From: Styela clava
Lineage: Eukaryota
NCBI RefSeq assembly: GCF_964204865.1
Contig: NC_135262.1
Location: forward strand, 6,324,001 to 6,388,000
DNA length: 64,000 nucleotides
Direction of reading: 5' to 3'
Position 1 is the first letter of the stretch, and every line of letters starts with the position of its first letter. Positions 39,217-51,730 of this stretch are shown piece after piece. The position numbers and the translations under genes are program-made. The notes beneath the pieces were generated by a model that worked only from the letters and a program-made list of their open reading frames with translations, was not told where the DNA came from and did no database searches.

Positions 39217-40221
39217 CGACCGTTGCTGGCCAGTGAAGCAATAAACGATATGATCTTGACTGGCACTGGTTTTGTTAATTACTTATAAGGGTAAACTTGA
39301 TGATCAGAGCGGAAGAGGTCGTTAGGCTCCCGTTAGCTTCTTCTAAGATCCAGCCTTCGTTATTTTGCGTTTCTGTTCTGAGTTTGGTTTGAGGACATAA
39401 TCGATTTTTGTGTCTAGTTTATTTTAATTCTATGCATTTGATGAATCTAATTTGTGAAATATTGAAAGGATCCGAATATGATTTTAGAAGTGTATATTAT
39501 TTTCTGGCTTTCCTGATCGAACTAAAATTTCCTTGTGATCGAATTTATTTTTTGTTTTAATTGTTGTAAACTTGGCGCATTTTGATAAACAGGAAAAAAC
39601 TATATGTGTGGTTAAATTAATTATACCAACTGCCGAATAAACCTACGATAATGAAAAGCCGTAAATATTATCGGTACCACTTAGGTTTGACTGAAAATGT
39701 TGTATAGTTATATTTAAATTGATCTAGTTTTAATTTCTGTATACCTTTGATTGCTTGGTATGAATGATGGTTAACAAAATAATTATAACTCACATCAAGC
39801 CTATGCAACACTACACTTTGACATCATATTATTGTTATTTTTCGTTCACTTCTGCTTGACTTATCAAGTACGTTTTAATTATCGCGAGTCACTTTTGCGC
39901 TAAAATATAAATCTTCCATTTTAAACGTTCCCCTAAAAATATGGTACCACGATTTTGAATTGTTTGCAGGGTTATCATTTTTTATCTATGTTGGATTATC
40001 AACAATTTTATGTTTGATTATAGCAACAAAGCAATGAAATGAACGATCTTTTTATCACAGACGAGTTTTTATGAGAATGGAAAAGGAGGCCTCGAGTTTG
40101 TCAAATTGCTGGACAACTCGAGTTTAGCATAATTATGGCTAAAAACTGTTTTGTGGAGATTTGTCTCGAAATCATATCTTTAGCTCCAGTTTAATAAAGT
40201 TCATAATAACACGGAAGATTG

Positions 40222-40540
40222 CTCGGCGCGACGGTGTGGCTTATCGTTAGGAATACGCTCGCCATCGCACCTCTGATTACTCTGCGTGGGTTCGCATCCC
40301 ATGCTGGGATAGTTATGTGCTAGAATATTGCTGGACTCCTCGCCGCCGTAGGGTGGTTCACGTAACCGCTGGTTGGCTACGGCTTCCTCCACATCAAGTC
40401 CATGCTTCCGAAAACAAACAACTAACTAATCCCATACCCGACATGGAATGGCGGGCGGACGAGAAGCCGTGGTTCGCCACATGGTTGAGCCGTCTTATCG
40501 GCCTTCCCCTCCTCGGAATAAATATGTAAATCCTATCCTA
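40222..40540 (+). mobile_element. tRNA-derived SINE, best-preserved copy
   Basis: Pol III A-box-like GTGGCTTATCGTTAG and B-box-like GGGTTCGCATCCC; ends AATAAATATGTAAATCCTATCCTA. Diverged copies at about 43400-43620 (-), 46275-46480 (+), 61340-61570 (-) and a fragment at about 29175-29250. Confidence 0.8.
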
Positions 40541-40578
40541 AAACAGACAGACTACCAAAAATAGTCATACGAGTTTTA

Positions 40579-41634
40579 TCACATTTTATTCTCAGATTTA
40601 AATTTCATACAAAGTACAACCCTTTTTAAGTTAGCTTCAATAACATGCACTGTTCTCATTTCGAAAACATCGCGACTTTTAACAAATTCAGTCCAGGCAA
40701 GGACACCCCCACCAACTCCGAAATAATGTGATTTTGAACCCATATAAATCACTCCATCTCTTTTCAGAAATTTTTCTAAAAACGAATGCAACTTGCTATA
40801 GTAAGCTGTATTATAAATCGTTTCAGATGACAAAATAACATCATACTTATTATTATTTGAACAGTCTATGAGATCGGACCAGTCACCAAACATAAAATTA
40901 ACCCTTTTTTTGCAAGATGATAAAAATTTGCAATCTTTCCATAAGTCACTTAACAATGAATCTGTTGCTTTAGAAAGAATCTCTTCATTCGCAGACTCTG
41001 AATCATCCGATTTGCAAGAATCTTTGGTTTGAAATCCTGTCTCCTGGCATGTTGAGATTCCATCCAAATTATGACCAATTTTAAAATTTAGTAATGATGT
41101 TGGACCTGTTGCATCTGTTATTACGTCTTTGTTAAAGTCTTGAAATGTTACAAAGCCGGCTTGTGCACTACATATAGCGTACGTTCCTAAAACTCCAACA
41201 CCACAGCCAAGATCCATAACCCTTTTCCCTTTAAAAATATTTTCCTCTGCATGACGAGATAGGTACTCCAAAACATCAAGAGTGCATTCCCAGACCTTGA
41301 AACCACCTTCATAAACATTAGGTATTAAATCCGATGGTGTAGTCCCAGTACGACCTTTTTCACTTTCATCTTGATCTGTCAAATCACATGGAGTCACAAT
41401 TTGAAGTGAAATTGCTTGCCCCACTTCTAATGTATCCACTTCATACAGATTTTCATCTGGTTTACTTAACCAGCATTTGGCAATGTCCGAAACCTCTAAA
41501 ACGTTGTTCGATTTTAACGGGAACTTCTTCGATGTGCAATCATTTGATATTATGGTTTTGTCTTTTTTAGCATCCAGAGGATCCTTTTGCTTTGTGTCAT
41601 TATCGCCGACATCAAAATTGAATTTAAAATCCAT
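40579..41634 (-). CDS. METTL18: Histidine protein methyltransferase 1 homolog (RPL3 His methyltransferase), intronless, 351 aa
   Basis: FKFNF N-terminus, SDLIPNVYEGGFKVWECT, SAM motif I VMDLGCGVG, FQDFN, YDVILSSETIY, KSHYFGVGGG. Confidence 0.93.
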   Translation of the reverse strand: MDFKFNFDVGDNDTKQKDPLDAKKDKTIISNDCTSKKFPLKSNNVLEVSDIAKCWLSKPDENLYEVDTLEVGQAISLQIVTPCDLTDQDESEKGRTGTTPSDLIPNVYEGGFKVWECTLDVLEYLSRHAEENIFKGKRVMDLGCGVGVLGTYAICSAQAGFVTFQDFNKDVITDATGPTSLLNFKIGHNLDGISTCQETGFQTKDSCKSDDSESANEEILSKATDSLLSDLWKDCKFLSSCKKRVNFMFGDWSDLIDCSNNNKYDVILSSETIYNTAYYSKLHSFLEKFLKRDGVIYMGSKSHYFGVGGGVLAWTEFVKSRDVFEMRTVHVIEANLKRVVLCMKFKSENKM

Positions 41635-42150
41635 TTGATTGATTCAGACTAGGTAATATATAGTTTTAGTAAACAACTGTTATAAGCAAAAAAGTTTCAA
41701 ACTTAAATTTAGAAGAACAGATAAGTATATAGTACCACATAGACATAGTACCAAGCAAAATGTACCAAGTTTTTTGGCTGCTCTCCAATTTTTAGAAATT
41801 ATCGAAGCTGTTATCTTTTCTTGTCAATTGTAACTAACTTTGCTTAACATGGGATTGATTGTGCAAAATGATATTGGCAAATACATATCTTAACTAGTGA
41901 ATAGATTCAAAATTATAACAGAATTGTAGTGACTGAAAATATCAATACAAACAAAAATTCTTGACGCATGATTACATACACATTCAACATCACCAGTAAA
42001 ATTTATAAGGTACGCCTGAAATATGCTCACCAGAATCTCGCACAACCTGGATCCTGAGTTCAGGTTGTGCGCCATCTTGGTGCGCATACTTCAGGAGGTC
42101 CAATTGTAACCTAAAGGCAATATGCAGAATCCAAGAGTAACTAACCAATA

Positions 42151-45100
42151 TCATAAAAATGTTTGATGTGATTTTCCTAAAGACGATAACATGATTTGAA
42201 AACGTTCATTAAGTGAAGAATGTTCTGTTATAAACTGTCCATCAGAAAGCATAAAGTATTGTAGAAATAAATTAACTCCTTGTTTGACAAGTTTATTCTT
42301 TGACGTTCTCAGCTTTTCAAAAATAGTTTTCAAATGATCCTCGCTCGAAGCTTTTTCCGCCACCAAACAAAGAAACAACCTAAGGAATCTGATCATAGGT
42401 TTGTCTATTTCTGTGAAATCTATCGCCTGAAAATTATTAAGAAATCAGGTTGCATATATACTCATATAGAACATTGAGAAATATATCTATAAGGTTAGTA
42501 TTAAAAAAAATGCAACTGTTATATGCATACAAGTGGGAAAATTCTCACATGGTGGTTCTGGTTAAAAATAAGAACATGAACCCCAAACTACAAAAGTAAA
42601 TCCCAGTTAGGGTGGAACACCTGTTTCAATAAGCCAATACAATAAGCAATATTGTATTATTCAAATTCGAAGACTCATTCGAAAACAAAATGTTATGAGA
42701 TGCTTATTCCCTTTGAGCAAGCCCCACTGAAAGAGATATGGTACTATTTTTGGAATCGGCAACCAAACCGTTCTGGTTGCCTACACAATTAATATTATTA
42801 CAACTTGTTATTATTATTATTATTACAACTGTGGGTGGAATTTTAAACCAAATGTGTGGTATTGCATAGAAACACAGTCAAGTCTAACACTTTAACCACC
42901 AGGCCTTTAAGGGGATCGAATGATAAGAAATAAGCTTTGTTTACGACGACCTCATGGAATATTCAAAGGTCTTTCTCTCAAAAACACAAGGTATCAAAAA
43001 CGATAATTTTGTACATACCTTCAAACAAGATAAACTTAGTGTTTCCATGATTATAAGTCGAGATAATAACTCAACGATGTTGTTCATCTGACTTTGTTTG
43101 AGAGAATCAATTGCCTTGAATTTATCCCAGAAAGTGCATTGTAAACTGATCCCAAATTGACTGAAAAAGTAAAGACTTTCATTTTTGTATTTTCAATTTA
43201 TACCACTGACCTCACGGAAAAAATAGATGGGGCGGAAGGGGAATAGAGCTCCCTTCACAATGCATCCATTATTAGAGAAATCAAAAAATGGTCTAATGGT
43301 CTAATGTGAATCACCAATGATACTCAGGTATGAAAACACAAATTCGCCAATATAAATCAACCATAGTGTCCAAACCACAGTAACACAGCTTCCCATTAAG
43401 TTACCAGTCCGTGTCAGGTATTAGAATATTTAATTTGTTTGACATGAGTGGTTTTGATGGTGGAGGAAGTCGTAACCAACCAGCAGTTATGATAGCTACT
43501 CTATAAAAATGAGGAGTGCAGCAATACTCGTGCACATAATTATTCCCACAGAATTTGAACCTGAGTAGGTTGAAAAGGGGTGCGACCATGAGCATGTTTC
43601 TAACCCATGCACATAAAACGCAGCGCTTTCTTGTTAAAATCATCTTCACATGCGGTTAATACCAACCTACCGATCATTTTGGCAAAATCTGTCAAGTAAA
43701 TGAAGATAATAAGGATTGAATAATTTTTCTTGTTGGCAGCAGTCGACGATTACATTTGGTATCTCTCTCAATTGTTTACCCTGAAAATGTAAGAAATAAA
43801 ATAGATCAAAAGTGGAAACAGACTCAATTTGGATTTTAACAGATACTGTACTACTTTCCGTATTATATTTTATATAATACACTGACTTGTTTAGTCTGCT
43901 ACTTTTAATAATGAAATTAAAACTACCAGAATAATCTGATAGAGTAGTATTTTGGGTGGAGGAATTCACAAATCTTGTCATAAAAAGCGTAGATTAATCA
44001 TTTTATTTATGAAAATTCATTCTGCCAATAACCCATAATCAAATTCCATTTACTCACCTTCAATCCACATTTCAAGACTTTTTCATAAGCATCGACAAAA
44101 TCATCTGCAGTCATAACGGCATAAAATATATTTCTACGAACGTCAGTATTCATTCTTTGTCTTTTTGCAGCATCGGCAATATTTTTAGATACAGAAAAAT
44201 CAATTTTTATTTCATTTTCATTTTGCTTGTTTCCTGTTTTATCCAACATTGGTCTACCAGCAAAGGAACTGCCTACAATCCACCATCTACCATTGGTTTC
44301 AGCATCTAGAAAATCCTGAAATAAGTATGATTATAAATTTATAAACTAGAAACAATAACAATGAAAAAAATTTAACAAATATATTTTTAGTTAACCACAA
44401 TTGTAAGCAATAAGTTTCAATTTTGAATTAGGTGAACAGTTAGCTTAATAGTACCTTCATTTATTTGCCGTGCTATGAGATAAAAATACAAGCAAAGAAA
44501 AATAGAGATTTTGGGCTGCTTGTAGCATATTTTGGTTAGGGATGCTCATCTATGGAAAATCTTTCCTTTTAAATTATATACTAAACAAGGTTTGATTGGG
44601 AAGGCCAGAATCATTGACTCAACTTGAGTGACCCTACTCATCTAAACAAAATGATGCAAACTCATACTCAACTAATCACCAATGAGACTTATTTCAGTAC
44701 TTGACTCGGCTCGGATGACCCATGGTTTGATTGAGGAGGCCTGAGTCATCACCTCAACTCAAGTGGTACTGACTCAAAAACGCATGCTCAACTAACCAGC
44801 AGTGATACTAAACACTAAACACTTTTCTGCATATTGATTCATCGGACCTCCAGAAGTATGCGCACCAAGATGGCGCACAACTGGTTAGGATTCAGGTTGC
44901 GCGACATCTTGGTGCGCATACTTCTGGAGCATCGATTCATCAGCATCAACATTAAATATTATCACTTCAAGCAATACATAAAATTAAAGATGTAACAAAT
45001 ATCATAAATTCATTTTCATAGATATATCCTATATATATGAAGTGTTGACTGTACCTGTAACTTAACTGGGGGTACAGTATCAGAACTGGAATCTCCAGTT

Positions 45101-47683
45101 GAATTTTTTGTCAGTGCAGCAAATTTTTTTCTCATCTTAGAAACTGCATCGGGGTCAAAACCTACAAGACAAACTTCGTTATTGCCTAACATTTACTCTA
45201 AACAAAGCACATAGACTTTAACACAAGCCACTACGTTTTTAAAGACTATAACTCAAGCAATGACACACAATGAATTGGGTAAGCTATGCTCATATTATTA
45301 TTAATCCCACAGATAAATATATATATGAATACTACCTTGTTGTGATCAAATATGAAAAGAGAACTGAATGGGATGGGAATTGAAAATACGGTTTTAGAGT
45401 GAACATGATAAATTTTCAACCATCAATGTTTCAATTTTAAGCATTGTTTCGAAACAAAATTAGTTGTCAAACCAATCACGCATCATAATTAATACTGCAT
45501 GGCATCTGCGCAGTCTTTCTATTGTTAAAAAAATAACCAAGTATTAATCTTCAATAAGCAACCTGTGACTTTTCTGATATTGTTGTTTTTGACAGCCATC
45601 AATATGTTCAACATAAAAGACATTCTTGAACCATCATCCATGGACACATTCAATTCTGTAAAAAAATAGTGCAATAATGTCCTAAACATAATATACTTGA
45701 CGAATGGAAATTTGTTTAAATTTGGATTAAAGATTATATCGTAAAAAAATTCTTTCACGCAATGTAGGTGCATAATAACTCAGCAGTATTATTAAGTGCA
45801 GCAATTTATAAACTAATCAAAGTGTACAAAATTTAGGACATGAGTTGCACATATTACTAGTTAATGATCCATTATTAAAAATTGGAAGACAAACTTGAAC
45901 AGCGATTGTATCCATTTGGGGTAGAAAAAAGCAAACTAGAAATGTTTTATAAAATATTGGTAACCATGGCTACAATACCTTCACATTTTGAGTTAATTGC
46001 CTTGATTATATCTTTCAACGATTCCGGGTCGTCTTTTCGGAGTTGAAATCCAACTTTGTTCAATATATCGAGTACAAGTTCCATGTCCTTTTCCGTAAAT
46101 GATGAAATTAATATTCGAAAGATGTCAAGAATAACCTTGCAGTCTATTCTTTTTAATTGATATAAACATCCCAAGACTTTGAGCAAATTATTTGCAGCTT
46201 TTCCATGGACATTATCTGAAACAATGTTCGATTAAAAAAGGCATAAAAAAGGCAACAAAATTACCTCCAGTCCCAATCGTGATAAGCATTAGGAACACAC
46301 TTGTCATCCCATCTCTTATTACCCTGCGTGGGTTCGCAGGTCCAAAACTTATGGGGCATAATTATGTACGATAAGATTATTGGATCCCTCGTCATCTCAG
46401 AACTTCACCTAACTACTGGTCTGCCACCATCAAGTCAGTGTATCTGAAACAAATACCTGTTTGTCCCACATACAATCCAGGTGTGTAGAATGTGAAAACA
46501 AAATAGAAACAATAAAAAAATCACCTTTTGCAAGTATGATCGAATTGAGCTTTGTAGATGTTGTTTCATAGAAATGCATTAGGGATTCAATTCCCACTCT
46601 TGTACTTATGATCGACACCAACATGGCAGTTTCATTGATTAAACTGTCAGGTACAGGATCGGCCGCACTAAATTGATCCATGACCACGTCAGTCAAAACT
46701 TTATACATAATGGCTCTACTTCCTTCTCTAAATAGCATTTCAATATCATTGCATATATTGCTCATGTTTGCATCACTGAGTCTATTAAATAAACCTTTAA
46801 CTTTTCTTTTTAGTTTTTGTATATTTTGTTCTTGTTCTTGAGAAAGTTTGACACGCATTGCAGGAGGAATGTACTTTCCTGTGTTGGTGGTTTCAGAATC
46901 TCCAGCAATCATATTAAAATCATCTTGTGAATTATCGTTATCAGATTCCTCTAAAGTTTCATCAAAATCCGCCTCTTCCGGCTGAGATTCATCATCTTTT
47001 TCCAATTTTTTTTCAGATTCTGCCTCCTCTAATCGAGAATTATCATCTTTTTCCAAGTCTGAATCTTCATTTTCCTGATCAGATAAATTCATTTCTTGTT
47101 CATTGTTATTGATTTCATCAGTAAAAAAGTCATCCTCTTCCTCTGCTATCATTTCATCTTCAGAATTTTCACCCCCATTGTCGAGAGCACCTAAGATATA
47201 GTCCAAACCAGCATCAGTGAAAGATTTCGGCAGCTTTTTTGTATTTTTTCGTTTATTTAGATACAATTTTTTCTCCAGAGAAGTAATTACTTTATCATCA
47301 GCAGCATTGTCCCTTGCAAGTGATTTTTTTTGTCGTGTTTTCTCAGTTTCAATTTTCCTTTTTTTCTTTTCAGGTTTGTTAGTTTCGTTTGATTTTACAG
47401 GTTTGTTAGTTTCGTTTGATTTTATTGTCGATTCAAGAGTCACTTTTTGATTATTTTGTTCAGTATTTGATTTATTTTTTGATAGAAATTGGAAATGTTT
47501 TAGTTTATTTTCCTTCTTGTGACGTTTTTTGTCTCTTCTTTTTTGTTTTCGTCCTACTTTAATTGGATCACGATTTACCAATCCAGTACTGGTATCATCA
47601 GATTCACCATATTTTCGAAAAACTTTTTCAATAGTTGAATTGAGTTTTATTGATCCATCTAACCTTTTTCTCTTCATAGACAT
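42151..47683 (-). CDS. NOM1: Nucleolar MIF4G domain-containing protein 1 (Sgd1 homolog); 8 exons
   Basis: Exons 47683-46525, 46215-45979, 45655-45563, 45161-45055, 44315-44058, 43780-43671, 43160-43019, 42426-42151. Motifs KYIPPAMR, VKGLFNRLS, GFQLRKDDP, GRWWIVGS, QRMNTDVRRNIF, EKLFNPYY. Confidence 0.95.
43400..43620 (-). mobile_element. SINE copy in NOM1 intron 6
   Basis: Reverse complement of the 40222 SINE body (GATGGTGGAGGAAG.CGTA.CCAACCAGC.GTTA; GCACATAATTAT). Confidence 0.75.
44843..44934. mobile_element. Palindromic MITE with 6-bp TSD in NOM1 intron 4
   Basis: CTCCAGAAGTATGCGCACCAAGATGGCGCACAACCTG and its inverted copy; perfect TSD ATTCAT. Further copies at about 32225-32310, 42008-42102, 57026-57257 and 60637-60748. 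Confidence 0.88.
46275..46480 (+). mobile_element. SINE copy in NOM1 intron 1
   Basis: TTAGGAA.AC.CT.G.CATC.CA.CTCT.ATTAC.CTGCGTGGGTTCGCA matches the 40222 SINE. Confidence 0.75.
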
Positions 47684-48611
47684 GCCTAATTTCTATCCTA
47701 TAATTAGAAATATAAACTGGAGTAATTAAACTTTATTTATTTTAAATGGTGCTTATTTAAACCTTTTGCTCTGAAAGGCCGTGTACAACTTGAAATCTTT
47801 TATATAGGCTAATCTATCGACATTAGACATTTCACATTGAACAGGATAATGGAGAGCATTGAGGGATAAAGGAAAACGACACAATCAATGGCTTCAAGAG
47901 GTGATAAATCACAGAAGCGCACCAAATACAATACAAATACAAGCAAATATACCTCATGAAATCTGAATTGGTAACCAATATAAATCTATAAAATACAGGA
48001 GATGAGGCCATTGGTTCAATGCTGATTAGGAATTCAAAATTCAAATGCATGGTTTAATACAATAATCTATGAAATCTTATATGCTGATTAATCAATGATG
48101 AATCATCAATAATGAAAAAAAAAGTTAGATAAAAGATATCGATAAATCTTATGACACAATTTTTAAAATTAATATTATATATCTGTCAAATAATAATATC
48201 TTTACAAATTATGAGCATCCAGGATGATCAAACTTCTGCTATTATAAAACTAAAGTAGTCGGTATAAAAATCAATAAGCGGGGAAAACACATAGCATAAA
48301 TATTAATAGACCAACTCTTAACATTATCAGCCATAAAGATGAGACAACAGTGGCCATATTCAATGTTTAGTAATGAAGAGACTAGAGATGGGTCACTCAA
48401 ACTCGACCCCGTTAGGGGGAAGGGGGCACAGAAAGAACTCATGGCGGTCAGGAGCAAAGGCCTCGACCAAGTACTAATCCTAATGATTACATTACTTTAA
48501 ATATGAATTGACTATGATTCATGCTATCTTAATTAACCATTTGCATAATATTTCAATTTTCCATCAAAATAATTCCTTGCATATTGCACAAATACAAAAT
48601 AACAATTAATT

Positions 48612-50438
48612 TCAGAGTTTTGATTTGCTACTGTTGAAAGCACCCACAACCGCACTCCATAATGATCCTGGATTGACAATATCAACCAATTTTTGAGTTG
48701 GATCAACAGCATACTGATCCATATCTGTGATGCCTTCTTCCGTCAATACTTCATCATCAATGAAGAAGTTACCGGTACATTTTGTGCAATCCCGCAACAA
48801 AATTGCATAACTTGCATCTCCCATGATGTCAGGCTTCCTAAAATTAAAGATATTATCAAGTTTCATATTTCAATTAAAACGGGTGCATATTATTATTTAA
48901 GCATATAGTCGAGATTTTTCGAAGATGAAGATTTCTAGGAGATTGAGGACAGATAAAATATTTGTTATGGTAACCTGCCTTTATGTTCATCAGTCCGGCT
49001 TCAGACATGCCTTCAAGTTTCCACAGATATGACCGTTAATAGTGACAGACTGACAGTCATGTTTTTTCCAGCCGGTAAAATTAAAAACGAGAATATTGGT
49101 CAGAGACCGAAGACTTATCGATCGAAAGTTAGGGGATCCCCCAAAACAGCGCTGTTACTCCATAGTGACACCTTGTGTCCCATCACTAATTAATTGATAA
49201 CTCGCTAATTATACGACCAAAATCAATAGGCTTCTGGTACGAGATATGATGAATGCACATGCGAAATCTGCAGCAGATCCAATCTCGCTTTCGTGAGATA
49301 TCGCGTGCATCTAACAGACAAACAGACAGACAAATACCTATCAACATACTTACCGATTAAAATCGATAAGTAATGATAGCCATGGCATACAAAACGACAA
49401 CAATAAACTGAATGCGCAATTTTACTGGGAAGGGAAGAAGTGAGAAACTGAAGCTACAGTAATTATCAAGCAGCGACACTTAGGGTTCTAATATCTAGGT
49501 AATCGAAATTGAACAGAAAATTAATTTTTTTCAGAACTGTTACTGTGGAGAGCAATTGCTCGCTAGAGATTATATTGCAGAGACATGCAACTCTACCAGA
49601 TGGCCAACCACAAGTTTTCCTGTCTCATGTGGACTATGTGGAAGAGCAGATTATAAAAAGTTAAATGTGATGAAAAACAGTTAAGGTCAAAAAAGATTGT
49701 TGATTATATAACTGAATAAAGCATTTCAAATTTCAAAATTTCAAAAATATTGCTGAGCAATTACCTAGACATTGCAGCTGCCATTTTATTTCCTCCTGTT
49801 ATCATTTCTACTGCAGCAGTTATGACAGTTGTTCTTGGCCAAAGTGAATTTACAGCTATTCCCTCTTCCGCAAATTCTTCTGCCATTCCAAGCGTACACA
49901 TTGACATTCCATATTTTGCTATGGAGTACGCACCATGACTCGCAAACCATTTCGGTGACATATTTAGCGGAGGACTCATATTTAAAATATGAGCATTCCT
50001 GCCTGCTTCTCTGGACTTCAGCAAATGAGGAATGCATAATTTTGAGCAAAGATAGGTTCCACGTGCATTTACTTGATTCATCAGATCATATGTCTTCATT
50101 GTAGTATTCTTGGTATCAGTGAGACTAATAGCACTAGCATTATTAATCAAAATATCAATTCCTCCAAAGGTTTCAACTGTTTTATCAATAGCAGCTTGGA
50201 CTTCTTCTTCTTTTCTAACATCTACGATACAAGCCAGCCCTTTTCCCCCAGCTTGTGTTATTTCTTCGACTGCTGTATGTACTGTGCCAGGTAATTTGGG
50301 ATGTGGGTCAGAAGTTTTTGCTGCAACAACTACGTTTGCCCCATCACGAGCCACTTTCAGTGCAACGGCTTTGCCGATACCTCGACTAGCTCCAGTGATA
50401 AAGACAGTATATCCTGCAAGTTTCCCACAATTCTGCAT
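48612..50438 (-). CDS. HSDL2: Hydroxysteroid dehydrogenase-like protein 2, SDR domain only, PTS1 -SKL; 2 coding exons, 299 aa
   Basis: Exons 50438-49765 and 48837-48612. Motifs TGASRGIG, AAKTSDPHPKLPGT, NNASAI, ILNMSPPL, catalytic YSIAK, CTGNFFIDDEVL; ends SKSKL*. Confidence 0.93.
49086..49374. mobile_element. Non-autonomous Helentron/HINE (DINE-1-like) element in HSDL2 intron
   Basis: Subterminal inverted motif ACTTATCGAT (about 49113) / ATCGATAAGT (about 49362), internal (CAGA)n tract, and terminal hairpin TACTTACCGAT-TAAA-ATCGATAAGTA. Confidence 0.6.
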
Positions 50439-51160
50439 TATCTTTATGTTCAGTTGGCCAAGCAAACTACAAATAGGAATTATAGGGATATCTATTTAAA
50501 AAGTCAGAAAATACAGAAATAGAAAATATATTACTTATCTACAGTAAAACAAAGTATAAATGCTTAACCAATTATTTATATATAGATATATATATTAATT
50601 TCAGTAGATTCAGAGATTTGTTTTGATCAATTATTTTATCGCCTGCTGGTTAAAGAGTCAAAATAAACCTATACTTTGTATTTGCAAATTCGGAATACTT
50701 TCCAGGGTGGGGTGGGCAAAGTATGGCCCCATGTCCAAAAATATTTTCTATCTAGAATGGCGGGCCATGTAAGTGTGACACAAAAGTTACATTTATTGAA
50801 CGATATTTACAACTGTACAATGTTACAAAAGCAAAAAACAATAAGCCAAAACTAAATTTATTCACAATTTTCAACAAATTCCTTGAGTTATTTTTTAGCT
50901 CGAACATCAAACTTTGGTTTTCAGGTTTTAGTTTGTGGCAGCATCAGGCGGGTCAGATCGTATTACCCAACTGAACGGATTTGGCGCGCAGGCCGTAGTT
51001 TGCTTTGCCCATGTCAGCTACTACGACTACGAGGTATGGCTAAAAAGAAACGGGACTGACGTCACAGATTGCGCAACACGATTAACTATCGAAATTCGAA
51101 ACGTCGACAAGTTATATCGTTTTGTTATACACCGGTTGTGTTTTATTTATCTTTGGTTAA

Positions 51161-51429
51161 CGAGTATGCCTGCAACTGCACGAAAGCTCTTCTTGTAATG
51201 GGAGATGGAAACGTGGCTGTTTTCATTTACAACTTCAATAGCGAGGATAAATATATTAAATTAAATGTGTTTGGTTAGAATACTGTGCAAGGGATAACAA
51301 AGTGACAGGAAAACGTGCTCATATACCGGTACCGAAAGGCATACCGGTACCGTACAGTATTCGGCACGCAAAGGATGTCTCAACTTATCATTTTCAAGAA
51401 GAGCCTTCGTGCAGTTGCAGGCATACCCG
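51161..51429. mobile_element. TTAA-flanked foldback MITE
   Basis: About 35-bp TIR CGAGTATGCCTGCAACTGCACGAAAGCTCTTCTTG / CAAGAAGAGCCTTCGTGCAGTTGCAGGCATACCCG, with TTAA on both sides. Confidence 0.75.
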
Positions 51430-51569
51430 TTAACCGCCATCGCATGGCGAGTTAGCCGTCAGCCCATCAAAGTCAACTCCCCCAACTTGTCTACGGTCTG
51501 ACGGTACGATAAATCACTACGGTAACAAAGGCAATTAATTTTTAATAGACAAGTGGGGTCTCATTTACT

Positions 51570-51730
51570 TTCTTACCTCATACCTGAATACCTTCTAGTG
51601 GGCGTGGCGTAACAAATAAGACATACCGTACCGGTATCCAAGACAAAAATCCCACGTGCCCAATGGCTGCTGGACTGAATCATTTATCCGTTTATATTTA
51701 ACGACCTGACAGCGCTAGCATAACGCTTGA
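51570..51730 (-). promoter_or_regulatory. Candidate promoter/5' non-coding exon upstream of HSDL2
   Basis: CpG-containing stretch with GGGCGTGG (GC box) and CACGTG (E box), next to minus-strand donor-like GAG|GTAAGA at about 51576. Confidence 0.35.

Noticed and set aside
40222-40310. tRNA gene
   Set aside because: A/B-box-like motifs are followed by a body repeated at four other loci, and no convincing cloverleaf is visible; it is a SINE head.
49750-50522. Overlapping + strand ORFs opposite HSDL2 (and similar ones opposite NOM1, AGPAT and METTL18)
   Set aside because: Antisense shadows of real coding sequence, with no motifs or splice support.
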